Shown piece after piece: positions 1 through 11,587 of a stretch of DNA of 38,395 bases. The stretch covers positions 1-38,395 of the forward strand of contig NW_025215162.1 in assembly GCF_004010195.1 (NCBI RefSeq), written 5' to 3'. The position numbers were made by a program, and so were the translations under genes. The DNA comes from Chiloscyllium plagiosum. Taxonomy: Eukaryota. How positions within the stretch are numbered: the stretch's first letter is position 1; every line of letters begins with the position of its first letter. The notes under the pieces were generated by a model, which saw only the letters and a list, made by a program, of their open reading frames with translations, had not been told where the DNA came from and made no database searches.

Positions 1-3000
1 ATGGCTGTTTTCTCAGCCCCCTACTGTACTGCCTGTACACCCACGGCTGTGGCCTCAGCCCACAACTGTACTCCCTGTATACCCACAGCTGTGACCTCAG
101 ACGCCTACTGTACTCCATTTACACCAACAACTGTGTCCTCAGGTTCTTACTGTCCTCCCTGTACCCCCACGTGTGTGCAATCTGCCTTATATTGTATTTC
201 CTGTACACAAACGGCTGTGTCCTCAGATCTCTCCTGTTCTCCCCGAACACCCACGGCTGTGCCTCAGTGCCCTACTGTACTCCCTGCATACATAGCTGAG
301 CCCTGAGACCCTGACTGTACATCCTGTACACGACAGCTACGTCCTCATCTTCCAACGGCACTTCCTGTACCCCACGGCTGTGTCCACCGCCATCTATTGT
401 ATTCGCCATACACACACGGCTGTGCACTCAACCAACTACTGTCCTCCCTATACGCCAATCGCTGTGTCCTTAGTCCCCTACTGCTCTCGCATAAACCCAC
501 AGCTGTGCCTGCAGCCCCTAACTGTAATCCCTGTACACACACAGTTGTGCCCTCAACCATCTACTGTACTCCCTCCACGCACACGCCTCTCTGCCCATCC
601 CCCCAGGTCTCTCACTATACACTCACAGCTGTGCCCTCAGCCACGTACTGCACACCTTGTACAACAATGGCAGTGCCCTCAACCCTCTACAGTACTCAAT
701 GTACACCCATGGCTCTTGCTTCAGCCATCTACTGTACTGCCTGTTCACCTATGGCATTGCCCTCAGCACTAGACTCTACTCCCTGTGCACCCACAGCCAC
801 CTACTGTACTCCATGTCCACCAAAGGCTGTGCCCTCTTCACCCTACTGTACTTCCCATATACCCACAGCTGTGTACTCATCCCCCGAAAGTACTCCTTGG
901 GCACCCACGGCTTTGTCCTCAGACCCCGATTATACCTTCTTCACACCCACAACTGTGCGCTCAGCCACCGGCAATATTCCCGCAAAACCCACACCGCTGT
1001 CTTCAGCTCCCCTACTGTACACCATTTACACTCATGGCTATGTCCTCAGCCCTCGACTGTACTCCGCATACGCCCACAGCTGTGTCTGCTGCCCAGCGTT
1101 GTACTCCATGTACACCCACTGCTGTGTCCTCAGCCCTCGACTGCACACCCTCTACACCCATGGCAGTGGCCGCAGCCCCTACTGTACTCGCTGTATACCC
1201 ACGGCTGTGCTCTCAGCCTCCGAATGCACTCCCTGTACACCCATGGCTGTGCACTCAGCCTCCTAATGTTCTCCCTGTATACTCACTGCTGTGTCCTCAG
1301 CCCACCACAGTGCTCCCTGTACATCAATGGCTGATTCCTCAGCATCCTACTGTACTTTCAATAAAACCTCAACTGTGCCCTCAACCCCCTGCTCCACTCG
1401 CTCCTCAGCCTCCGAATGCACTCCCTGTACATCCATGGCTGTGCACTCAGCCTCCTAATGTTCTCCCTGTATACTCACTGCTGTGTCCTCAGACCACCAC
1501 AGTGCTCCCTGTACATCAATGGCTGATTCCGCAGCATCCTACTGTACTTTCAATAAAACCTCAACTGTGCCCTCAACCCCCTGCTCCACTCGCTCTACCC
1601 TCACGACTCTGCCCTCAGCCCCCTATTGTACTCGCTGCACACCCATGGCTGTTTCCTCAACCCTCCACTATGCTCCAAGTGTGTCCTCAGCCCCCGATTA
1701 TACTCCCTCTATACTCACTGCGCTATACTCCCTTCATACTTACGGCTGTGCCCTCAGCCCTCGACTGTACTCCCTGTGCACACGCAGGTGTTTCTTCCGC
1801 CCTCGACAGAATTCCCTGTACACCCACGTCCATGACCTCAGTCCCCGATAGCACACCATGTATACCCCCGGTTGTGTGTTCAGCCACTGCACTAATCTCA
1901 GCACACCCACAGCTGTGTCCTCAGAACCATACAGTTCTCCCTGTGTACCCATGATTCTGTCATCAGCTCACTAATGTATTGCTTGTACACCCACAGTTGT
2001 GTCCTCAGACTCGTACTGCACTGCCTGTAAACCCATGGCTGTTTTCTCAGCCCTCTACTGTACTCCCTGTACACCCACGGCTGTGGCCTCAGCTCCCTAA
2101 TGTACTCCCTTTATGCACACAACTGTGTTCTCAGGATCCAACTGTCCTCCCTGTACTCCCACGTCTGTGCGCTGAGCCTTTAGACTGTATTTCCTGTACA
2201 AACACGACTGTGTCCTTAGACCTCTACTGTTCTCCCTGAACACCCACGGCTGTGCCCTCAGTGCCCTACTGTACTCCCTACATACATAGCTGTGCCCTGA
2301 GACCCCGACTGTACTTCCTGTATAGCGACAGCTACGTCCTCATCTTCCAACTGTACTCCTTGTACACACACAGCTGTGTACTCAGCCCCCGACTACAGTC
2401 ACCATATACACGTGGCTGTGCCCTCAGCCCACTACTGTACTATCAGTGCACACACAGCTATGCCCTCAGTACCCTACTGTACTATCCATACACACGCAGC
2501 TGTGCCCTCAGGACCCCAGTGTACTCTATATACACCCACGGCTGTGCCCTCAGCCCTTACTGTACTCCTTGCACACCTACGACTGTGTTCTCATACCTCT
2601 ACTGTACTCCTTGTACAACCATGGCTGTTTCCTCAGCCAACTACTGAGTCGTATGCTCCAAGTATACCCACGGCTGTGTCCTCACCCCTCTTCTGTACTT
2701 CCTGTACACCCACAGGTGTTTCTTCCAGCCCCGACTGAACTCCCTGTACACCCAATTCCATGACCTCATTCCCAGACGGTACTCCCTGTACAGCGCCGAT
2801 TGTGCGCTCAGCTGCTGTAGTACTCCAGGTACACCCACAACTATGTGGTCAAACCCCCTACTGTACTCACTGTACACCAACAACTGTTCTCTCAGCCATC
2901 TATTGTACTCCCTGCACACCCACGTCTTTGACCACAACCGCTTAGTTTTCTCCCTGTACACCCATGGCTGTGCCCTCAGTCCCCTACTGTACTTCCTGCA

Positions 3001-6000
3001 TACATGGCTGTGCCCTAAGTCTCAGATTGTACTCCCAGTACACTCACCGCTGTGCTCTCACTACCCTAACGAACTCTGTGTACTCCCATGGCTGTGCACT
3101 CAGCCCCTACTGTGCTTCTTACACACTCACCGCTGTGTCCCCATCCCCCTACTTTACGCCCTGTACCCACACAGCTGTCTACTCGGCCCCCTGCTGCACT
3201 CCCTGTACACACATCGCTGTGTCCTCAGCCCCTTACTGTACTCACTGTACAACCACTGATGTGTCCTCAGACCGCTACAGTATTGCGTCTACATCCAAGA
3301 CGGTGTCCTTAGCCCCCACTGTACTCTCTGCACACCCTCGACTGTGCCTAATGTCACCCAAATATACTCCCTGTACAGCCACATCTGTGCCCTCAACCAC
3401 CTAAGTACTCCCTGAATACCCACGGTTATACCCTCAGGCACCTACTATATACCCTGCATAACCACGTACTCCCTGTACACCCACGGCCGTGTACTCAGCC
3501 ACCTAATGTTCTCCCTGTATACTCACAGCTGTGTCCTCAGACCACCACTGTGCTCCCTTTACATCAATGGTTGTGTCCTCAGCATCCTACTGTACTCCCT
3601 GTAAAACCTCAACTGTGTCCTCAGCCCCCTGCTCCATGCACTCTACCCCTATGACTGTGCCCTCAGCCCCCTACTGTACTTGCTGCACATCAATGGCTGT
3701 TTCCTTAGCCCTCTACTATGCTCCAAGTATACCCATGGCTGTGTCCTCAGACCCCGATTATACTCCCTGAATACCCACGGCTATACCCTCAGGCCCCTAC
3801 TATATACCCTGTATAACCACGGCTGTGACATTAGCCTTGACTGTACTCCCTGGACACCCACGGGTATTCTCTTAGCCCGACTGTACTTCCTGGACACCCA
3901 CGGCTATGCCCTCAGCCCTTCACTGTAAACCCAGACATTGAGTGATGTGACGTCACTCCTACTGTTCTATATACAAACGTCTCTGCCCTCATCCCCCTAA
4001 TGTGCCCTCAGCCCTCTACTATACTCCCTGCACACCCACGACAGTGCCCTCAACCTCATACTCTACTCTCTGTATACACACGGCAGTGCTCTCATCCCCG
4101 TAATGTACTCCCTGTAAACAAAATGCTGTGTCCTCAGACGCCGATTGTACTCCTTCTATATACATGGCTGTGTCCTAAGCCCTCTACTGCATTCGTTCTG
4201 CAAACACGGCTGTGCCCTCAGCCACCTACCATACTCCCTGTACACCCAAAGCTGTGTCGTCAGCCCACTACTGTACTTCCTGTACACCCACAGCTGTGCC
4301 CTCAGCCCCCTACTGTACTCCTTGCATACCCACGGCTCTGTCCTCAGCCCCCTACTCTACTCACGGTTCACATACAACTGTGCCCTCAGTTCCCTACTGT
4401 ACTCACCGCACATAAACAGCTGTGACCTAGCAGCCTACTGTGCTCTCTGTACACCCAAGTCTGTGCCCTCAGACCCCTGTTGTACTCCGTGTATACCCAA
4501 GGCGTTGCCCTTAAGTCCCTATTGTCCTCACTGGACACAAATGGCTGTGCTCTCAACTGATAATGTACTTCCTGGAAAACCACGGCAGAGTCCTCAGACC
4601 CTAATTGTACCCGCTCTACATCCTCAGCAGTATCCTAAGCCCTCTACTGTACTCCCTGCACACTCATGACTGTGTCCTCAGCACCGTACCCTACTCCCCG
4701 TACACCTATGGCTGTGTCCTCAGACTCCTACTGTACTCCTTGTATATGCACGGCTGCGTCCTTACCCATCTATTGTAATCCCTGTACACAACCAGCTGTG
4801 TCCTCAGCCCCCTACTGTACTCCCTGTGCATCTGCGGCTCTGCCCTCAGCCCCCAACTGTACTCCAGTCCAGCAAATGCTGTGTCCTCAACCTCGCATTG
4901 TACTCCATCTGCACACACGGCTGCGCCCCCAGCCTGCTACTGTACTCCCTGTATTCCACAGCTGTGTCCTCAGCCCATACTATACACCCCCCCACCCCGT
5001 ACACCCACGCCTGCTCCCTCAGGCACATACTGTACTGCCCTTACACAGATGGCTGTGTCCACGCACCTCTACTGTACTCCCCGTACACCCTCGACTGTGT
5101 CCTCAGACATCTACTGTCCTCCCTGTACAACCACGTCTGTGACCCCATTCAGCTACGGTACCCCCTGTATGCAAATGGCTGTGTCCTCAGCCACCTACTG
5201 TACTCCAGGTACACCCACGGCTGTGGCCTCCGCACACTACTCTACTTCTTGCATGCACATTGTTGTGCCCTCAGCATACAACTTTACTCCCCGTACACAG
5301 ACAGCTGTGTCCTCAGCCCTCTACTGTAAGTCCTACACACCCACAGATGTATCCTCAGCCACGGACTGTACGACCTGTAAACTCACAGCTGTGCCCTCAA
5401 CCAACTACTGTACTTCCTCTATACCAATCGCTGTGTCCTCAGTCCCCTACTGCTCTCGCATACACCCACAACTGTGCCTGCAGCCCTTTACTGTAATACC
5501 TGTACACCTACAGCTGTGCCCTCAGACATCTACTGTACTCCCTCTACGCACACGGCTCTGTGCCCATCCTCCCAAGTGTCTCACTGTACACTCACGGTTG
5601 TGCCCTCAGCCACGTACTGTGCACCTTGTACAAATATGGCACTGCCCTCAGCCCTCTACTGTTCTCAATGTATACCCATGGCTCTTACCTCAGCTATCTA
5701 CTGTACTAGCTGTTCTACGGCATTGCCCTCAGCCCAAGACTCTACTCCCTGTACACCCACGGCTGTGTCCTCAGCCCCCTACTGTACTCCAAGTACACCA
5801 AAGGCTGTGCCATCTTCACCCTACTGTACTCCCCATATACCCACAGCAGTGTACTCAGCCACTGGAAGTATTCTTGCACACCCACGGCTTTGTCCTCAGT
5901 CCCTGACTGCACCTTCTTCACACCCACAGCTGTGCGCTCAGCAACCGGCAGTATTCCTGGTAAACCCACACCGCTGCTTTCAGCCTCCTGCTGTACTCTA

Positions 6001-9000
6001 TTTACACTCATGGCTATGTCCTCAGCCCTCGACTGTAGTTTCCATACGCCCACAGCTGTGTCCTTTGCCCCGTGCTGTACTCCCTGTATACACACTGCTG
6101 TGCTCTCAGCCTCCTAATGTACTCCCAGTACACCCATGGATGTGCACTCAGCCTCCTAATGTATTCCCTGTAAAGACACGGCTGTGCACTCAGCCTCCTA
6201 ATGTTCTCCCTGTATACTCAGCACTGTGTCCTCAGACCACCACTGTGCTCCCTGTATATCAATGGTTGTGTCCTCAGCATCCTACTGTACTCCTTGTAAA
6301 ACCTCAACTGTGTCCTCAGCCCCCTGCTCCACGCGCTCTACCCCCATGACTGTGGCTTCAGCTCCCTATTGTACTCACTGCACACCCATGGCTGTTTCCT
6401 CAGCCCTCTACTATGTTCTAAGTATACCCATGGCTGTGTCCTCAGACACCAATTATACACCCTGTATACTCACGGTTGTGTCCGCCGCCCTCTACTGTAC
6501 TCCCTGTACACACGCAGGTGATTCTTCGGCACCTGACTGAATTCCCTGTACACCCACGTCCATGACCTCAGTCCCCGATGGCACTCCATGTATACCCCCG
6601 GTTGTGCGCTCAGCCACTGCAGTACTCCCAGTACATCCACAGCTGTATCTTCAGAACCCTACAGTTCTCCCTGCGATTGTGTCATCAGCTCACTAATGTA
6701 TTGCTTGTATACACACAGCTGTGTCGTCAGACCCGTACTGCACTGCCTGTACACCCATGGCTGTTTTCTCACCCTCTACTGTACTCCCTGTACACCCACG
6801 GCTGTGGCCTCAGCTCCCGACTGTCCTCCCTTTATACACACAATTGTGTCCTCAGGATCCCACTGTCCTCCCTGTATCCCGGCATCTGTGCGCTGAGCCT
6901 TTATACTGTATTTCCTTTACAAACACGGCTGTGTCCTCAGACCTCTACTGTTCTCCCTGAACACCCACGGCTGTGCCCTCAGTGCCCTACTGTACTCGCT
7001 GCATACATTGCTGTGCCCTGAGACCCCGACTGTACTTCCTGTACACCGACAGCTACGTCTTCATCTTCCAACTATACTCTCTGTACATACACGTCTCTGT
7101 ATTCAGCCCTCTACTGCACTCACCATATACCCGCGGCTGTTCTCTCAGCCCCCTACTGTACCAACCGTATACACACAGCTGTGCCCTCAGTACCCTACTG
7201 TGTTCTGTGTACAAACACAGCTGTGCCCTCAATACCTGACTGTGTTCTCTGTACACAAACAGCTATACCCTCTATACCCTCAGTACTCTACTGTACTCCT
7301 TGCACACCCACAGCTGTGTCCTCATCCATCTACTGTACTCACTGTTCACCCATGGCTGTTTCTTCAGCCCTCCACAATGCTCCAAGTATATGCACGGCTG
7401 TGTCCTCAGCCTGCTACGTTTCTCCCTGTGTACTCACGGCTGTGTTCTCAGTCCTCTGCTGTACTTCTTGTACACCCACAGGTGTTTCCTCCACCCCCGA
7501 CTGAACTCCCTGTACAACCACTTCCATGATCTCAGTCCCCAACGGTACTCCCTGTTCACCGCCGTTTGTGCGCTCAGCCGCTGCCGTCCTGCTGGTACAC
7601 CAAGAGTTGTGTCCTCAGACTCCCTACTGAACTCCCTGTACACCAACAGCTGATCTGTCATCCACCTACTGTACTCCCTGTACACCCACGTCTTTCACCT
7701 CAACCCCCTACTTTTCTCCCTGTACACCCATGGTTGTGCCCTCAGTCCCGTACTGCATACATGGCTGTGCCCTAGGTCTCAGATTGCACTCGAAGTGCAC
7801 CAACCGCTGTGCCCTCAGTACCCTACCGAACTCTGTATACATCCACGGCTGTCCACTCGGCCCCCTACTGCACTCCCTGTATACACATTGCTGTGCCCTC
7901 AGCTCCTTACTGTACTCCCTATGGAACCACTACTGTGTCCTCAGATCGCTACAGTATTGTGTCCATATCCAAGACGGTGTCCTTTGCTCCCACAGTACTG
8001 TCTGCACAACCTCGACTGTGCCGTCTGCCAAACAAAAATACTCCCTGAACAGCCACGTCTAGGCCCTCAACCACCGACATACTCCCAGAATTCCCACGGC
8101 TGTACTCTCAGCCCCCTACTGTATACCCTGCACAACCATGGCTGTGACCTTAGCCTCGACTGTACTCCCTGGACATCCACGGGTATGCTCTTAGCCCGAC
8201 TGTACTCCCTGTAAACCCACGGATGTGCCCTCAGCCCTCTGCTGCCCTCCCTGCACACCCATGACTGTGTCCTCAGCACTCTACCTTACTCCCCATACAC
8301 CATGGTTGTCCTCAGACTCGTACTGTACTCCTTGTATATGCACGGCTGCGTCCTTACCCACCTATTGTAATCCCGGTGCACAAACAGCTGTGCCCACTGC
8401 CCCTACTGTACTCCCTGTGCATCTGCGGCTCTGCTCTCAGCCCCCCAATGTACTCCAGTCCAGCAAATGCTGTGTCCTCAACCTCGCAGTGTACTCCTTC
8501 TGCACACACGGCTGCGTCCTCAGCCTTCTACTGTACTCCCTTAATCCACGGCTGTATCCTCAGCCCCTACTGTAGCCCCCGTAGACCCATGGATATTGCA
8601 TTAGGCTCATACTGTACTCCCCGCACAGCCATGGCTATGTCCACACACACCTACTGTCCTCCCTGTACACCCACGACTGTGCTCCCATTCACTACTGTAC
8701 TCCCTGCATGCACATGGCTGTGTCCTCATCCCCTACTGTACTCCAGATACACCCACGACTGTGGCCTCTGCACCCTACTTTATATTTGCACACACATTGC
8801 TGTGCCCTCAGCATACAACTTTACTCCCCATACACAGACAGCTGTGTCCTCAGCCCTCTACTGAACGCTCTATACACCCACAGAAGTATCCTCATCCCCG
8901 GACTATACTACCTGTAAACTCTCGGCTGTGCCCTCAACCAACTACTGTACTCCCTATACACCAATCGCTGTGTTCTCAGCCCCGTACTGCTCTCGCATAC

Positions 9001-10528
9001 ACCCACAGCTGTGTCTGCGTTCCCTTACTGTAATCCCTGTACAACCACAGCTGTGCCCTCAGCCATCTACTGTACTGCCTGTACACACACGGCTCTGTGC
9101 ACATCCCCCCAAAGCACTCACTGTACACTCACGGCTGTGCCCTCAGCCACGTTCTGTATACCTTGTAGAACTATGGCAGTGCCCTCAGCCCTCTACTGTA
9201 CTCCCTATACACCCATGGCTCTTGCCTCAGCCCCTTAATGTACACTTTCTACACCTTTGGCTGTACCCTCAGTCCTCCACTGCACTCCTTGTGCACCCAC
9301 AGCTGTGTAGTCAGCCGCCAACTGTACTCTCTGTGCACCCACGGCTGTGCTATTGGCCCGTACTGTAATCCCTCTACACCCACAGCTGCATCCTCAGACC
9401 CCTACTGTACTCCCTGTACAAACGGCTGTGTACTCAAAACCTTACTGTACTCAGCATACACCCACGGCTGTGCCCTCAGCCACCTACTGTACTACCTGTA
9501 CACCCACAGCTGTGCCCTCAATATCCTCATTCACTCTCTGTATGCATACAGCTGTGCCCTCAGTAATCTACTGTACTTTGTACACACACGGCTGTGCCCG
9601 CAGCTCATTCTGTACTCCTTGCACACCCATGGCTACGTCCTCATCCCCCTACTGTGCTCCCTGTACACGCATGGCTGTGTCGTCAACCTCTATTGTACCT
9701 CCCGCACACACAAAGATGTGTCCTCAATACCCTACTGTACTCTATGTATACACTTGGCTGTGTATTCGAGCCCTTACTGTACTGACCATACACCCATGGC
9801 TGGGCCCTCAGTCACCTACTGTACTACCTGTATACCCACAGTTGTTCCCTCAATACCCTACTGCACTCGAGGTATACACACGGCTGTGCCATCAGTACCC
9901 TACTGTGTTCTGTGTACATCCATGCCTGTGCCCCCAGCTTTTTCTGAACTCCTTGAACATCCACGACTGTGTCCTCATAGCCTGACTGTAATCCCTGTAC
10001 ACCCATGGCTGTGTCATCATCCCTCTATTGTACACTCTGTACATCCAAGCTGTGCCCTCAACCACCTACTGCACTCTCTGTACACACATGGCTGTGTCCA
10101 CAGCCCCACTATGGTACTTCCTGCACACGCACAGCTGTGCCCTCAACCTCATAATATACTCCCAGTAAACCCACAGAAATGTCCTCTGACCCCTACTGCA
10201 CTGACTCCACAACAATGGCTGTACCCTCAGCCCCCTACTGCACTCTCTGTACACCCACGAATGTGCTCTCAGCACCCCTTCCCCCCCCACTACCCATTCA
10301 CCCACGGTTGTGTTCTCAGGCCCCGAGACCACGACTGTGGCCTTAGCTTCCGACTCTTCTCCCTGTATACCCACCGCTGGGCGCTCAGTCACCTAACGTA
10401 CTCCCTGTTGACCCAAATTATGTGTCCTCAGACCCCCTACAGTATTGCTTCTACATCCACGACTGTGTCTTTAGCTCCCTACTGTACTCTCTGCACACAC
10501 TCAGCTGTGCCTCTCACGGCCCGCCGCC

Positions 10529-10889
10529 NNNNNNNNNNNNNNNNNNNNNNNNNNNNNNNNNNNNNNNNNNNNNNNNNNNNNNNNNNNNNNNNNNNNNNNN
10601 NNNNNNNNNNNNNNNNNNNNNNNNNNNNNNNNNNNNNNNNNNNNNNNNNNNNNNNNNNNNNNNNNNNNNNNNNNNNNNNNNNNNNNNNNNNNNNNNNNNN
10701 NNNNNNNNNNNNNNNNNNNNNNNNNNNNNNNNNNNNNNNNNNNNNNNNNNNNNNNNNNNNNNNNNNNNNNNNNNNNNNNNNNNNNNNNNNNNNNNNNNNN
10801 NNNNNNNNNNNNNNNNNNNNNNNNNNNNNNNNNNNNNNNNNNNNNNNNNNNNNNNNNNNNNNNNNNNNNNNNNNNNNNNNNNNNNNNNN
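10529..10889. other. Assembly gap (N run) inside the satellite
   Basis: Run of n characters with satellite sequence on both sides. Confidence 1.
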
Positions 10890-11270
10890 TCTGCTCACCC
10901 TCAGCTGGGCCTCTGCCCCCCCCCCAACTATACTCGCTGGACAGCCACGTCTGTGCCGTCAACGTCCTAAGTACTCAATGCATATGCACGGCTGTACCTT
11001 CACCCCCTTACTGTATACACTGTATAACCATGGCTGTGTCCTTAGACCCTACTATACTCCCTGGACACCCACGGCTATGTTCTTAGCCACTGACAGTACT
11101 CCTTGTACAACCACAGCTATGGCCTCAGCCCCTACTATACTCCCTGTAAACCCATGGTTGTGCCCTCAGCCCATTACTGTACACCCGCTACACCCACGGC
11201 TGTGCCCTCAGCCTGTTACTGTAATTCCCAGGACACCCAGGGCTGTCACGTCACCACCCCTATTGTAAGT

Positions 11271-11587
11271 GGGCGGCACGGTGGCACAGTGGTTAGCACT
11301 GCTGCCTCACAGCGCCAGAGACCCGGGTTCAATTCCCGCCTCAGGCGACTGACTGTGTGGAGTTTGCACATTCTCCCCGTGTCTGCGTGGGTTTCCTCTG
11401 GGTGCTCCGGTTTCCTCCCACAGTCCAAAGATGTGCAGGGCCAGGTGAATTGGCCATACTAAATTGCCCGTAGTGTTAGGTAAGGGGTAAATGTAGGGGT
11501 ATGGGTGGGTTTCGCTTCGGCGGGTCGGTGTGGACTTGTTGGGCCGAAGGGCCTGTTTCCACACTGTAATGTAATCTAATGTAAAAA
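11271..11587 (+). mobile_element. HE1-type tRNA-derived SINE (V-SINE superfamily), full length and young, inserted in the satellite
   Basis: Starts GGGCGGCACGGTGGCACAGTGGTTAGCACTGCTGCCTCACAGC. Has A and B boxes, the V-domain core TGTGGAGTTTGCACATTCTCCCCGTGTCTGCGTGGGTTTCCTC, a CR1/HER1-like 3' end GGGCCGAAGGGCCTGTTTCCACACTG and a (TGTAA/TCTAA)n tail. Many CpGs are retained. Confidence 0.93.
11282..11336 (+). promoter_or_regulatory. Internal RNA polymerase III promoter (A box and B box) of the SINE
   Basis: A box TGGCACAGTGG at 11282-11292 and B box GGTTCAATTCC at 11326-11336, with tRNA-like spacing. Confidence 0.85.

Noticed and set aside
3947..3956. Perfect CRE palindrome GTGACGTCAC (TGACGTCA also at 21685-21692)
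   Set aside because: Isolated 8-10-bp matches inside a mutated repeat unit and a LINE, expected by chance.
11271..11345. tRNA gene
   Set aside because: The A and B boxes belong to the tRNA-derived head of the SINE, which continues into the V-domain and LINE-like tail.
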